Below, piece after piece: positions 1 through 10,015 of a stretch of DNA of 64,000 nucleotides. How positions within the stretch are numbered: the first letter of the stretch is position 1; every line of letters begins with the position of its first letter. A program made the translations under genes and the position numbers. Origin of the DNA: Betaproteobacteria bacterium RIFCSPLOWO2_02_64_14 (GTDB lineage Bacteria > Pseudomonadota > Gammaproteobacteria > Burkholderiales > SG8-41); NCBI GenBank assembly GCA_001770325.1, contig MEQT01000068.1, positions 26,741 through 90,740 of the forward strand. Direction: 5' to 3'. The notes under the pieces were generated by a model, which was not told the origin of the DNA, did no database searches, and saw only the letters and a program-made list of their open reading frames with translations.

Positions 1-135
1 CGCGCGGTGTGAACGATTCAGGCGCCACTATCGCGGTTGCATCAATGTCGCACTCGGTGCGCCCGCGAATACGCGCGCACCGCTTGCCCCGGCGAACGCA
101 TTTGCTGCAACCGCGAACCGCCGGATCCGGTCAGC

Positions 136-1290
136 TCACGCGCGGGGGCCGAACACCATGCGTCGCATCACGAAATCCCGCGCCGGCGGCACGCACCCCA
201 GGGCGGTGAGGGCAATCCCGCGTGCCGTGCGCAACGGCGCGAGATCGTTCGAAAACCCCCGCACCAGCGCGTCTGTGAAACCGATGCCTCCGCTGCGGTC
301 AAGGCGCCGTCGCGCGCGAAACGCGGAACACGCAGCGCTGCTGCCAATGTCGCGTGGAGCCGTGCGCGCAAGTTCGGCGGCGAGTTCCCAGGCATCACGC
401 AACCCGAGGTTCAGGCCTTGGCCGGCGACCGGATGCAGCGTTTGGGCAGCATTGCCGACGCGTACCACACGGGGCGACCCGGAGTCGGCGGTCACTTTCA
501 GTATAAGCGGGAAAGCCGCGCGTTGCGCGACACCGCTGAACGCGCCCAGCCTGCCGCCAAACTCCCGCTCGAGCTCGCAGGCAAATTCCGCCGCCGGCAG
601 TCCGCACAAGGCCTGCGCATGCTCGGGCGCAACGCTCCATACCAGAGCATAGTGCTCGTCGTAAGGCAGTAACGCCAGCGGCCCCGCCGGCGTAAACCGT
701 TCGAACGCGGTATTTCGGTGCGGTTTCTCGGTGCTCACTACCGCCACCACCGCATTTTGCCGGTAATCGACCGTATGCGACGGAAAATCGTCGCCTATGG
801 CTCCGCCATCCGCGATCACAACGAGCTTGGCTTCGATCTGTCCGCTCGCGTCGCCGCACGAATACTCGACACGGGCCCGGTCATGACCCGGCACGACCTT
901 CGTCACCGCCCCGCGCATCACGCGGGCGTGCGCTCGGGCCGCGAGCAGCCCGGCGAGCGCCGTACGCAGGCCTCCGTAGTCCACCACATAACCGAGCGCG
1001 GGCAGCCCGGCATTCCGGGCGGTGAGCATGACGCGGCCCAACCCCGAGCGCTGCGACACATGGATGTGAGTGATCGCTGTCGCGGGCGCAAGGCGCGCCC
1101 AGGCGTCGAGACGATCGAGAATGAGGCGGCTGCCATACGAAAGAGCCACCGGACGCGTCGGGCCCGCAATGTCGTCCGCGGCATGAGGCTCAACAACCAC
1201 CGCCGCGCGACCGGCGTTGCCCAGCGCGAGCGCGAGCACCGCGCCGACCGGCCCGCCTCCGACGATCACGACGTCGGCCGTGTTACTCAC
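136..1290 (-). CDS. ubiH: FAD-dependent ubiquinone-biosynthesis hydroxylase (UbiH/UbiF/UbiI family)
   Basis: 384-aa ORF with an N-terminal Rossmann motif VVIVGGGPVGAVLALAL. Its GTG start overlaps the pepP stop (GTGAGTAA), matching the pepP-ubiH order known from E. coli. The paralog assignment rests on synteny only. Confidence 0.8.
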   Translation of the reverse strand: MSNTADVVIVGGGPVGAVLALALGNAGRAAVVVEPHAADDIAGPTRPVALSYGSRLILDRLDAWARLAPATAITHIHVSQRSGLGRVMLTARNAGLPALGYVVDYGGLRTALAGLLAARAHARVMRGAVTKVVPGHDRARVEYSCGDASGQIEAKLVVIADGGAIGDDFPSHTVDYRQNAVVAVVSTEKPHRNTAFERFTPAGPLALLPYDEHYALVWSVAPEHAQALCGLPAAEFACELEREFGGRLGAFSGVAQRAAFPLILKVTADSGSPRVVRVGNAAQTLHPVAGQGLNLGLRDAWELAAELARTAPRDIGSSAACSAFRARRRLDRSGGIGFTDALVRGFSNDLAPLRTARGIALTALGCVPPARDFVMRRMVFGPRA

Positions 1291-2608
1291 GATCCGCCCG
1301 CATCAATGCTTCGATGTCGGCAACCTGCTTGGGCGCGCCCGCCGACAAGACCTCGCAGCCTGCAGCGGTAACCACGACATCGTCCTCGACGCGCACGCCG
1401 ATGTTGGCAAAACGCTCGGGCACCCCTTCACCGGGACGAACATAGCAGCCGGGCTCAACCGTCAACACCATGCCGGGCTCGAGGGCGCGCCACGCGCCGT
1501 CGCGTTTGTAGTCGCCCGCGTCGTGCACGTCGAGTCCGAGCCAATGCCCCGTGCGATGCATGTAAAACTTCTTGTAGGCCTCCGTTTCCACGGCGGAATC
1601 GACGGCGCCCTGCAAGAGGCCCAGATCGATCATGCCCTGCGCCAGCACTCTTACTGCCGCATCGTGGGGCATGTTCCACGTATTGCCGGGCCGCACGGCG
1701 CCGATCGCGGCCGCCTGCGCCGCCAGCACCAATTCGTAGATGTCGCGCTGCGGCCCGCTGAAGGTGCCGTTCACCGGAAACGTCCGCGTGATATCCGATG
1801 CGTAACCCTCGAGTTCGCACCCGGCGTCCACGAGCAGCAGGTCTCCGTCCTTCAGCACCCCGTCGTTGCTGACATAGTGCAGCACGCATGCGCGCTCGCC
1901 GGCCGCGACGATGGGCGTGTAGGCCGGGGCGTCCGCCCCGTGGCGGCGGAACTCGTGCACGATCTCGGCTTCGATCTCGTACTCGCGGCGGCCGGCCCGG
2001 CTCGCGCGCATCGCGCGCTGGTGCGCCTGGACCGAAATGGCCGCCGCGCGGCGCATGGTGTCGATCTCCTCCGGGCGCTTGATCAGGCGCATTTCGTCGA
2101 GCACGGCATGCAGGTCGCGCACGTCCCGCGGCGCGGTCACCCCGCTCCGGGCCCGGGAGCGCACCTGGTTCACCCAGTCGATCACGCGCGCATCCCACGC
2201 CGGGTCGTCTCCCAGATGGCTGTGGACCGTGGCCTGATCGGCAAGCAGGTCGGGCATGCGCGTGTCCAGCATGCCGATCGCGTACGCCTCATCGAACGCG
2301 AACGCGGTGCGCGCCTCGCCCGGGCCGTAACGATAACCGTCCCAGACTTCGCGCTCCGGATCCTTTTCGCGGCAGAACAGGATGCTGCGCCGGTCCTTCC
2401 CCGCTACCACCACCAGCACCGCGTCGGGTTCGCGGAAACCGCAAAGGTGATAAAAGTAGCTGTCAAAGCGATACGGATAATGCGCATCGCGGTTCCGAAT
2501 GCGCTCCGGCGCCGTGGGGAGCACTGCCACACCGCCGCCCATGGCATCCATGAGCCGGCGGCGTCGCTCGACATAAATATCGATCGGGATCATGAGCGCT
2601 CGATTCAA
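1283..2608 (-). CDS. pepP: Xaa-Pro aminopeptidase
   Basis: 441-aa ORF with M24B metallopeptidase signatures (HRTGHWLGLDVHD, VLTVEPGCY) and the typical PepP N-terminal domain. Confidence 0.9.
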   Translation of the reverse strand: MNRALMIPIDIYVERRRRLMDAMGGGVAVLPTAPERIRNRDAHYPYRFDSYFYHLCGFREPDAVLVVVAGKDRRSILFCREKDPEREVWDGYRYGPGEARTAFAFDEAYAIGMLDTRMPDLLADQATVHSHLGDDPAWDARVIDWVNQVRSRARSGVTAPRDVRDLHAVLDEMRLIKRPEEIDTMRRAAAISVQAHQRAMRASRAGRREYEIEAEIVHEFRRHGADAPAYTPIVAAGERACVLHYVSNDGVLKDGDLLLVDAGCELEGYASDITRTFPVNGTFSGPQRDIYELVLAAQAAAIGAVRPGNTWNMPHDAAVRVLAQGMIDLGLLQGAVDSAVETEAYKKFYMHRTGHWLGLDVHDAGDYKRDGAWRALEPGMVLTVEPGCYVRPGEGVPERFANIGVRVEDDVVVTAAGCEVLSAGAPKQVADIEALMRADRE

Positions 2609-2686
2609 AACCCTTATTTAACGTCGCGAACAGCGCTTGCGCAAGCCGCATCGTTGGCCACGGCGCAGTGTTGGGATTGCCGGCAG

Positions 2687-3367
2687 TTATCGTCCCGCCA
2701 GATGCTGATCGAGCTCCGCGAGGCGCTGCGGGGTCCCGACGTCGAGCCACAGTCCGTGGTACTGCTCACCGCCGATCTCGCCCCGGCTGATGGGCTCACG
2801 CAACAGCGCGGCCAGGGAATGCCGGGCGCCCGGCGCGAGTGGCGAAAATAGCTCGGGGCGGTACACGCCGATCCCGGAGAACGTCAGGCGCGGTTCACCC
2901 TCGAGCGCCAGCACGCCCCGCCGCAGGCAGAAGTCTCCCGCGCGGTGGTGCGGCGGATTGGCAACCAGCACCAGGTGCGCCAGGCTGCCGCGCGCGAGCT
3001 GGCGGGCAATGGGACGCAGACGCTCGAACTCGTATTCGCTGTAAATGTCGCCATTGGCAACGACAAACGGCCGATCGCCGAGCAGCGGCAGCGCTGCTGC
3101 AATGCCACCGGCGGTTTCCAGCGCCTCGGCCTCGCGCGAATAGACGATGCGCACGCCGAGCGCCGCGCCGTCGCCCAACGCGCCCTCGATCGCAGCGCCG
3201 AGATGCGAGACGTTGATCACGATGTCGTCGAATCCCGCCCCCCGCAGCCGATCGATGAGATGCGCAATAAGGGGCCTGCCGCATACCGGCAACAGCGGCT
3301 TGGGCGTGGTATTGGTCAGCGGACGCATTCTCACGCCCCTGCCCGCTGCCAGTATCATCGCCTTCAA
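2687..3367 (-). CDS. murU: N-acetylmuramate alpha-1-phosphate uridylyltransferase (sugar nucleotidyltransferase)
   Basis: 226-aa ORF starting MKAMILAAGRGVRMRPLT (NTP-transferase G-rich loop). It sits directly downstream of an AmgK-like kinase and beside lptD, as in Pseudomonas. The start is TTG. Confidence 0.75.
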   Translation of the reverse strand: MKAMILAAGRGVRMRPLTNTTPKPLLPVCGRPLIAHLIDRLRGAGFDDIVINVSHLGAAIEGALGDGAALGVRIVYSREAEALETAGGIAAALPLLGDRPFVVANGDIYSEYEFERLRPIARQLARGSLAHLVLVANPPHHRAGDFCLRRGVLALEGEPRLTFSGIGVYRPELFSPLAPGARHSLAALLREPISRGEIGGEQYHGLWLDVGTPQRLAELDQHLAGR

Positions 3368-3467
3368 AGCAGCCGCGCCTCGCCGGGAGTGCCGTTGCGC
3401 CCTTGCACGCAGACGCGGACTCGAACCGGTCCCGGCCGGTTGCGAATTGCAGGCATTGCCTGGTCGC

Positions 3468-4466
3468 TCAGGTCAAGGCCGGCTTGAGTTCCTCAAGCCG
3501 GTCAAACAATCCGAGCAGCGGAGCAAGCTCCCGGTAACGCCGGCACACTGCGCGCACGTACTCCACAAAGCGCGGGGCATCTTCCACGTAGCCGGATTTT
3601 CCGTCGCGATGGCGAATCCGCGCGAAGATCCCCAGCACTTTCAGGTGCCGCTGCAGCCCCATCCACTCGAAGTCGCGGTAAAGGGATGCAAAATCCGCGG
3701 CGACCGGCAGCCCGGCGCGCCGGGCGCTTTCCCAGTAACGCACGGTCCAGTCCAAGACACGTTCTTCGGACCAGCTCACGAACGCATCGCGAAACAGCGA
3801 GGCCAAGTCGTAGGTGATCGGGCCGTACACCGCGTCCTGGAAGTCCAGGATGCCGGGGTTGGGATGCGCGACCATGAGGTTGCGCGGCATGAAATCGCGA
3901 TGCACGTAGACCTGCGGCTGGGCAAGGTTGCTGGACACCACGCGGTCGCAGACATCACGGAAAGCCTGTGCCTCCGCGGCCGTGAACGTCGTTCCGAGGT
4001 GGCGATCGACGTACCACTCCGGGAACAACCCGATCTCACGCCGCAACAACGTTTCGTCATATGGCGGCAGCACGCCCGCGCGGCTCGCGAGCTGGATCCT
4101 GATCAGCGCATCGAGCGCGTCGCGGAACAGAGCATCGGCGTTCGATCCATCGAGCGCTTCGAGATACGTGGTCGTGCCCAGGTCGGAGAGCAGCAGAAAG
4201 CCAAGATGCAGGTCCTGCGCGATAATGTCAGGAACGTGCACCCCGGCGCCGCGCAGCAAACCGGCGACCTTCAGGAACGGCCGGCAGTCCTCGCGCGGCG
4301 GCGGTGCGTCCATGGCGATCCACGTTTCGCATCCACACTCCACGCGAAAATACCGGCGGAAACTTGCGTCCGCGGATGCCGCGTACAGCGAAAATGAACT
4401 GCGTCCGAAGTGGGACGTCAACCATTCCTCGAGCAGCTGCAGGCGAGTATCGGAGCGCGTCTCCAA
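3468..4466 (-). CDS. amgK: Anomeric MurNAc/GlcNAc kinase (aminoglycoside-phosphotransferase fold)
   Basis: 332-aa ORF with the APH/choline-kinase catalytic motif VHRDFMPRNLM. It is divergent from lptD and upstream of murU. Confidence 0.7.
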   Translation of the reverse strand: METRSDTRLQLLEEWLTSHFGRSSFSLYAASADASFRRYFRVECGCETWIAMDAPPPREDCRPFLKVAGLLRGAGVHVPDIIAQDLHLGFLLLSDLGTTTYLEALDGSNADALFRDALDALIRIQLASRAGVLPPYDETLLRREIGLFPEWYVDRHLGTTFTAAEAQAFRDVCDRVVSSNLAQPQVYVHRDFMPRNLMVAHPNPGILDFQDAVYGPITYDLASLFRDAFVSWSEERVLDWTVRYWESARRAGLPVAADFASLYRDFEWMGLQRHLKVLGIFARIRHRDGKSGYVEDAPRFVEYVRAVCRRYRELAPLLGLFDRLEELKPALT

Positions 4467-4528
4467 GCGGTTGCCTAAACACCGAATTTGTGCGATTTTA
4501 GCACCTCACCCCAGGTTGCCCTTCCACG

Positions 4529-6835
4529 ATGTCCAAGCTGTTTGCACGCGTATCGTTCGCAGTGTGTTGCGCGCTGCCGCTCACTGCATACGCGCAGGAG
4601 GGACTCAGGCTCAAGAGCCAGCCATCGCTTACGCTCGATCCGCCCGCCCCCGGAAACGCGGTGCCGGTCTTTATCGAGGCCGACCGCCTCCAGGGACACG
4701 CCGAGCGCGACACCGAAGCCGAGGGCAGCGTGAGGTTGCGCAGCCGGGGCCAGACGGTGTTTTCCGACTGGCTGCGGCACGACGCGTTAAAGGATGAGAT
4801 CACGGCGGTTGGAAACGTGCGCATCCAGCGGGGGGGCGACGTCGTAGAAGGCGCGCGGCTGCGTTACAACCTGGGGACCGACCGCGGCTTCATGGATGCG
4901 CCCCGTTATACGCTTACGCAGGTTCCGCGTGACACGCGTCCGATCACCGCGCCCACGCCCGCCCCGCCGCGCTTCAGCAGCGGTGATGCCCGCGGCCGCG
5001 CGCAACGCCTGCTGTTCGAAGGGCGAGGCCAGTATCGCGCACAGGGCGCCGAGTACACGACCTGCGAGCCGGGCAACGACGATTGGTACATACGAAGCGC
5101 ACAACTGCACATCGACAAGGACCGCGATGTCGGGACCGCCCGTGATGCCAGCATCGTATTCATGGGTCAGACGATACTTTACTCGCCGTACCTGTCGTTC
5201 TCCCTGCACCAGCAGAGGAAGTCGGGATTCCTGACACCGCATTACGGCAGCTCCAGCAAGACCGGAACCGAACTCACCGTACCGTATTACTGGAATATCG
5301 CCCCCAATTACGATGCGACCTTTTACCCGCGCACGATGACCAAGCGGGGGCTGCAGCTAAGCGGTGATTTCCGTTACCTGGATCCGGCTTTCCGGGGCGA
5401 CTTGCGGCTGGAATTGCTTCCGAGCGACCAGCAGCGCAATCAGGACCGCTATGCGATGTTTCTCAAACACACGCACGTCCTGCCTGGCGGCTGGAATGCA
5501 GCGCTCAATCTGAACCGCGTCTCCGACGGCCAGTACTTCACGGACCTCTCGACCTCGATCGCGCTCACGTCGCAGACGATTCTGCCGCAGGAAGGCACGC
5601 TCACCCGGGCCGGCGCCTGGGGAAGGGGCGGCATCTATGGATTCACCGCGCACTATCAGCGATGGCAGACTTTGCAGACCGATCCGCTGGCTCCGGTCAC
5701 GGCACCCTATGACCGGCGACCGCAACTCACTCTCACCGCGCAGCACCAGAACGTCCTGAAGAGCGATTTCCACTTTTTGGGCAATTTCGTCGCTTTCGAC
5801 CACCCGACCCTGGTCACCGGCCGGCGCCTGCTGGCATATCCCAGTCTGAGTCTTCCGCTGCAGACCTCGTACGCGCACCTGATTCCCAAGGTCGGTGCTC
5901 ACCTGACGCACTACGCGCTCGACCGGCGCACGACCGTGCTGCCGGACGCGACGCGCACCCTGCCGATCGTCACGGTCGACACGGGCCTCGTGTTCGAGCG
6001 CAATACCGTGCTCGCGGGGCAAGCACTCGTCCAAACCCTCGAGCCCAGAGTCTATTACGTCTACATTCCGTTCCGCGATCAAAGCCTGCTGCCGAACTTC
6101 GAGAGCGGAGTGCAGGACATCAACATGGCGACGATCTTCGCGGAGAACCAGTTCAGCGGACACGATCGCATCAATGACGCGAACCAGGTGACGTATGGCG
6201 TCACGTCACGCCTGATCAGCTCGGACACCGGGGTTGAGCAACTGCGCGGGGCGCTCGCCCAGCGCTATTACTTTCAGTCGCAGCGCGTGACAATTCCGGG
6301 CGTGCCGCCGCGCTCGGATCAGAGTTCGTCCTCGGATCTGCTCGCCGCATTGAGCGGCACGGTGGCGCCCAACTGGGTCGCCGACGCGGGCTGGCAATAC
6401 AATACCGACATGTCGCAGACCCAGAAATTCAACGTGGGCGTCCGCTATCGACCGCAGCCGGGGAAGGTCCTCAATCTGGTCTATCGCGACACCATCAACT
6501 CGGTTCGGCAGACGGACATCTCCACGCAATGGCCGCTCACCCCGCAATGGACCGCGCTCGCGCGCTGGAACTATTCGCTCCGTGACGATCGGACCCTCGA
6601 AGCCCTGGCTGGCTTCGAATACAACGGCGGCTGCTGGGCGCTGCGCATCGTGGGACACCGCTTTGCGACGGCGACGCAGCAGGCGTCCACCTCGGTGTTT
6701 ATGCAACTCGAACTGAACGGAGTCTCCCGCATCGGGTCTAATCCGATGGATACCCTGCGCAACAACATAAGTGGATTTGTGCGGCCGGATCCCCGATCGA
6801 GCTGGTCGGAGGAATCCCGAGTGCCCTATCGCTGA
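4529..6835 (+). CDS. lptD: LPS-assembly outer membrane protein LptD
   Basis: 768-aa ORF with a signal peptide (MSKLFARVSFAVCCALPLTAYA), OstA-like N-terminal domain sequence and a long beta-barrel region. It is followed by surA-pdxA-rsmA. Confidence 0.9.
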   Translation: MSKLFARVSFAVCCALPLTAYAQEGLRLKSQPSLTLDPPAPGNAVPVFIEADRLQGHAERDTEAEGSVRLRSRGQTVFSDWLRHDALKDEITAVGNVRIQRGGDVVEGARLRYNLGTDRGFMDAPRYTLTQVPRDTRPITAPTPAPPRFSSGDARGRAQRLLFEGRGQYRAQGAEYTTCEPGNDDWYIRSAQLHIDKDRDVGTARDASIVFMGQTILYSPYLSFSLHQQRKSGFLTPHYGSSSKTGTELTVPYYWNIAPNYDATFYPRTMTKRGLQLSGDFRYLDPAFRGDLRLELLPSDQQRNQDRYAMFLKHTHVLPGGWNAALNLNRVSDGQYFTDLSTSIALTSQTILPQEGTLTRAGAWGRGGIYGFTAHYQRWQTLQTDPLAPVTAPYDRRPQLTLTAQHQNVLKSDFHFLGNFVAFDHPTLVTGRRLLAYPSLSLPLQTSYAHLIPKVGAHLTHYALDRRTTVLPDATRTLPIVTVDTGLVFERNTVLAGQALVQTLEPRVYYVYIPFRDQSLLPNFESGVQDINMATIFAENQFSGHDRINDANQVTYGVTSRLISSDTGVEQLRGALAQRYYFQSQRVTIPGVPPRSDQSSSSDLLAALSGTVAPNWVADAGWQYNTDMSQTQKFNVGVRYRPQPGKVLNLVYRDTINSVRQTDISTQWPLTPQWTALARWNYSLRDDRTLEALAGFEYNGGCWALRIVGHRFATATQQASTSVFMQLELNGVSRIGSNPMDTLRNNISGFVRPDPRSSWSEESRVPYR

Positions 6836-6868
6836 AATCCGCCACCTGCGCAAACCCGGCGTTACCTG

Positions 6869-8194
6869 ATGAAAAGACGCTTGTTGCATCTCGTGCGCGC
6901 AGGCCATGCGGCCGCGCTCGTCGTGCTGCTCGCATGGCATGCTGCCGCGTGGGCACAGAAACCGCCACCGATCGTGGTGCTCGACCGCATTGTCGCAGTG
7001 GTCAACGACGAGGTCGTGACCCGCCTGGACCTCAATGAACGAGTGCAGCTTGCAATGAGGCAGCTCAAAGCCCAGGGCACGCCGCCCCCGCCGCGCGACG
7101 TACTGGAACGACAGCTCCTCGACCGCATGATCACGGACCGCGTGCAGTTGCTGTACGCAAGGGACACCGGGTTGCGTGTCGACGACACGGAGCTTGACCG
7201 GGCGCTTGGCCGCATCGCGCAGGGCAACCGCCTTACGCTGCAGGAGATGCGCCGCGCCATTGAGAAGGACGGCATCCCGTTCGCCAAGTTTCGTGAGGAT
7301 ATTCGCGGTGAAATTGTGATGGGGCGGCTGCGCGAGCGCGAGGTCGAGGCGAGGATCGTCATCACCGAAAGCGAAATCGACAACTTCCTCAAGACCCAGC
7401 AAAGCCGCAAGGGCGGCAACGATGAATTCAACCTGTCGCACATCCTTGTCGTGGTGCCGGAAAACGCCAGCCCCGAGCAGGTTCAGGCGCGACGCGCACG
7501 CGCGGAAGAAGCCCACGCGCAGGTCAGGAAAGGCGTGGATTTCCGGCAGGTGGCGGCGGCATACTCAGATGCGCCGGACGCCTTGCAGGGTGGCGCCATG
7601 GGCTGGCGGCAAGCGTCGCGGCTGCCGACGCTTTTTTCCGACGCGCTCGCGTCGATGCGTTCTGGTCAGGTGAGCGATATCCTGCGCAGCTCGAATGGTT
7701 TCCACATCCTGAGGCTCAATGACCAACGGGGGGGCAGCGCGCCGGTGCTGGTCGATCAGACGCGCGCGCGGCACATCCTGATCAAGGCCAACGAAGCCGT
7801 ATCGGAGTCCGAGGCCCGCAACCGCCTGCGGGCGCTGAAGGAACGGCTCGACAACAACGCGAATTTCGCCGAGCTTGCGCGCGTACATTCCGAGGATGCC
7901 AGCGCCTCCAAGGGCGGGGAACTGGGCTGGCTGTCGGCAGGCGACACGGTCCCGGAGTTCGAGCACGCCATGAACGCCCTCAAGCCAGGCCAGGTGAGCG
8001 ACCCCGTGCAATCCCCCTTCGGATGGCACTTGATCCAGGTGCTCGAGCGGCGCACCGAGGACATGTCGCGGGAACGCCAGCGTCTGGTGGCGCGGCAGGA
8101 GTTGCGCGCCCGCAAGTCCGATGAGGCCTACCAGGAATGGGTGCGGCAGCTGCGTGACAAGGCGTATGTCGAATTGCGTCTCGAAGAGCGCTGA
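6869..8194 (+). CDS. surA: Periplasmic chaperone / peptidyl-prolyl isomerase SurA
   Basis: 441-aa ORF with a signal peptide and two parvulin-type PPIase domains (e.g. GGELGWLSAGDTVPEFEHAM, FGWHLIQVLERR). Confidence 0.9.
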   Translation: MKRRLLHLVRAGHAAALVVLLAWHAAAWAQKPPPIVVLDRIVAVVNDEVVTRLDLNERVQLAMRQLKAQGTPPPPRDVLERQLLDRMITDRVQLLYARDTGLRVDDTELDRALGRIAQGNRLTLQEMRRAIEKDGIPFAKFREDIRGEIVMGRLREREVEARIVITESEIDNFLKTQQSRKGGNDEFNLSHILVVVPENASPEQVQARRARAEEAHAQVRKGVDFRQVAAAYSDAPDALQGGAMGWRQASRLPTLFSDALASMRSGQVSDILRSSNGFHILRLNDQRGGSAPVLVDQTRARHILIKANEAVSESEARNRLRALKERLDNNANFAELARVHSEDASASKGGELGWLSAGDTVPEFEHAMNALKPGQVSDPVQSPFGWHLIQVLERRTEDMSRERQRLVARQELRARKSDEAYQEWVRQLRDKAYVELRLEER

Positions 8195-9206
8195 TATCCC
8201 GCTTGTGGCGATCACGGCCGGTGAGCCCGCCGGCATCGGTCCTGATCTGTGCGTCATGCTGGCGTCGCATGACCTGCCCGCCCGCATCGTGGTGGTTGCG
8301 GACCGACACTTGCTGCAAGCGCGCGCGCGGCTGTTGGGTGCGCCCGTAAGCTGCGTCGAGTTCGACGCACGCGCGGCGCCTGCCGCCGCGCGCGGGCGCT
8401 TGGTGGTCGTGCATGTGCCGCTTGCGGCATCTGTCACCCCGGGCAGGCTCGATCCGGCCAACAGCCAGTATGTCCTGCGTACTCTTGAACTCGCCGCGCG
8501 GGGGTGCCTCGACGGGACGTTTGACGCGCTGACGACTGCCCCTGTGCACAAGGGCGTCATCAACGACGCCGGTTATCCTTTTACCGGCCACACGGAATTC
8601 CTGGCTGAACGCACCGGTGCTCCACACGTGGTGATGATGCTCGCCGGAGGCGGACTTCGCGTGGCGTTGGTCACCACTCACCTGCCGCTGAAGGACGTGG
8701 CGCGGCATATCACGCGGGAGCGCCTGGAAACAACGCTCCGAACGCTGCGCCACGACCTCGTCCTCCGCTTTGATCTCGCGCATCCGCGCATCGCAGTCGC
8801 GGGATTGAATCCCCACGCCGGCGAGTCCGGGCACCTCGGCCGCGAGGAAATTGAGGTCATTATTCCCGTGCTCGAGGCCCTGCGCAATGAAGGCTTTGAT
8901 CTGGTGGGGCCGCTGCCTGCTGACACGCTGTTCAATCCGGAACGGCTGCGCGGGACGGATTGCGTGCTGGCGATGTACCACGACCAAGGGCTCCCCGTCC
9001 TCAAATATGTGAGTTTCGGGGCGGGCGTGAACGTGACGCTCGGTTTGCCCATGATTCGCACGTCGGTCGACCACGGCACGGCGTTGGACCTTGCGGGCAC
9101 GGGAGCGGCGAACCCCGGCAGCCTGATCGAGGCCGTCGGGTGCGCCGCCGAGCTCGCCGGACGACAAGCCGCGCGCAAACGCCGCGCGGCGATTGCATCC
9201 CGGTGA
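8166..9206 (+). CDS. pdxA: 4-hydroxythreonine-4-phosphate dehydrogenase
   Basis: Contains TAGEPAGIGPDL, GHTEFLAE, GLNPHAGE and MYHDQGLPVLK...IRTSVDHGTA, which align along E. coli PdxA. The start is uncertain: ATG at 8166 overlaps the surA end, GTG at 8205 is an alternative, and the ORF opens at 8121. Confidence 0.85.
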   Translation: MSNCVSKSADIPLVAITAGEPAGIGPDLCVMLASHDLPARIVVVADRHLLQARARLLGAPVSCVEFDARAAPAAARGRLVVVHVPLAASVTPGRLDPANSQYVLRTLELAARGCLDGTFDALTTAPVHKGVINDAGYPFTGHTEFLAERTGAPHVVMMLAGGGLRVALVTTHLPLKDVARHITRERLETTLRTLRHDLVLRFDLAHPRIAVAGLNPHAGESGHLGREEIEVIIPVLEALRNEGFDLVGPLPADTLFNPERLRGTDCVLAMYHDQGLPVLKYVSFGAGVNVTLGLPMIRTSVDHGTALDLAGTGAANPGSLIEAVGCAAELAGRQAARKRRAAIASR

Positions 9207-10009
9207 TGCAACACGTTCCGCGAAAGCGCTTCGGACAGCACTTTCTCGCCGATGAACGCGTGATCGCGCAGATCGTGCGCGCGATTGAACCGCAGTCCGA
9301 CGACCTGCTGGTGGAGATCGGCCCGGGCCTGGGCGCGCTGACCGCGCCGCTTGCCGCGCGCCTGAACCAACTCCACGTCGTGGAATTGGACAGGGATATC
9401 GTCGCGCGCCTCAGAAGCGACTACCCCGAGGACAAGCTCGTGATGCATGCGGGCGATGCGCTAGCCTTCGATTTCTCCGCGCTGGGTTCCGGACTGCGTG
9501 TCGTCGGCAATCTGCCCTACAACATCTCGACGCCCATCCTGTTCCACCTCATGCGCCACATCGCCGCCATCCGCGACGTGCACGTCATGTTGCAGAAAGA
9601 GGTCGTGGCGCGCATCGTCGCGCGCCCGGGCACGCCCGAGTACGGGCGGCTCTCGGTGATGCTGCAGCACCACTTCGACGTCAAAAAAATCCTCGACGTC
9701 ACGGCGGCGGCGTTTCGCCCCCGACCGAAGGTGGAATCCGCGGTGGTGCGCATGTCACCCCGGGAACCCACAAACCAGTGCAGCTGTGACGAAGCGGTGT
9801 TCGGGGAGGTGGCAAGAGCCGCATTCTCCCAGCGCCGCAAGACACTGCGCAACGCACTCAGGGCCTACCTGCAGGCGGACGACTTCGCGGTGCTCGGGAT
9901 CGCCCCGGCCGCACGCGCGCAGGAATTGCGCGTTGACGACTTCGTGCGCATCGCAAACCACCTCGTTGCACGGCGCGCCGCGCACGCGCAGGAACCGCGA
10001 CCACACTAA
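9206..10009 (+). CDS. rsmA: 16S rRNA (adenine1518/1519-N6)-dimethyltransferase
   Basis: Begins MQHVPRKRFGQHFL with the SAM motif VEIGPGLGALT. Its ATG overlaps the pdxA TGA (TGATG). The ORF extension back to 8960 is Arg-rich and implausible. Confidence 0.9.
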   Translation: MQHVPRKRFGQHFLADERVIAQIVRAIEPQSDDLLVEIGPGLGALTAPLAARLNQLHVVELDRDIVARLRSDYPEDKLVMHAGDALAFDFSALGSGLRVVGNLPYNISTPILFHLMRHIAAIRDVHVMLQKEVVARIVARPGTPEYGRLSVMLQHHFDVKKILDVTAAAFRPRPKVESAVVRMSPREPTNQCSCDEAVFGEVARAAFSQRRKTLRNALRAYLQADDFAVLGIAPAARAQELRVDDFVRIANHLVARRAAHAQEPRPH

Positions 10010-10015
10010 AGGCGG

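Noticed and set aside
1-135. Possible 5' end of another minus-strand gene downstream of ubiH, such as a ubiI/visC paralog.
   Set aside because: My hand translation of the minus strand shows no start codon followed by a Rossmann-type N-terminus. There is too little sequence before the window edge to support a call.
3417-3427. GGACTCGAACC in the amgK-murU spacer, the reverse complement of the tRNA T-arm consensus GGTTCGAGTCC. This suggested a minus-strand tRNA.
   Set aside because: I tried to fold the surrounding roughly 90 nt. The T-stem closes with only 3 bp, and no acceptor, D or anticodon stems can be drawn. The local structure is instead a simple hairpin, AACCGG-CCGGGA-CCGGTT. It is not a tRNA.
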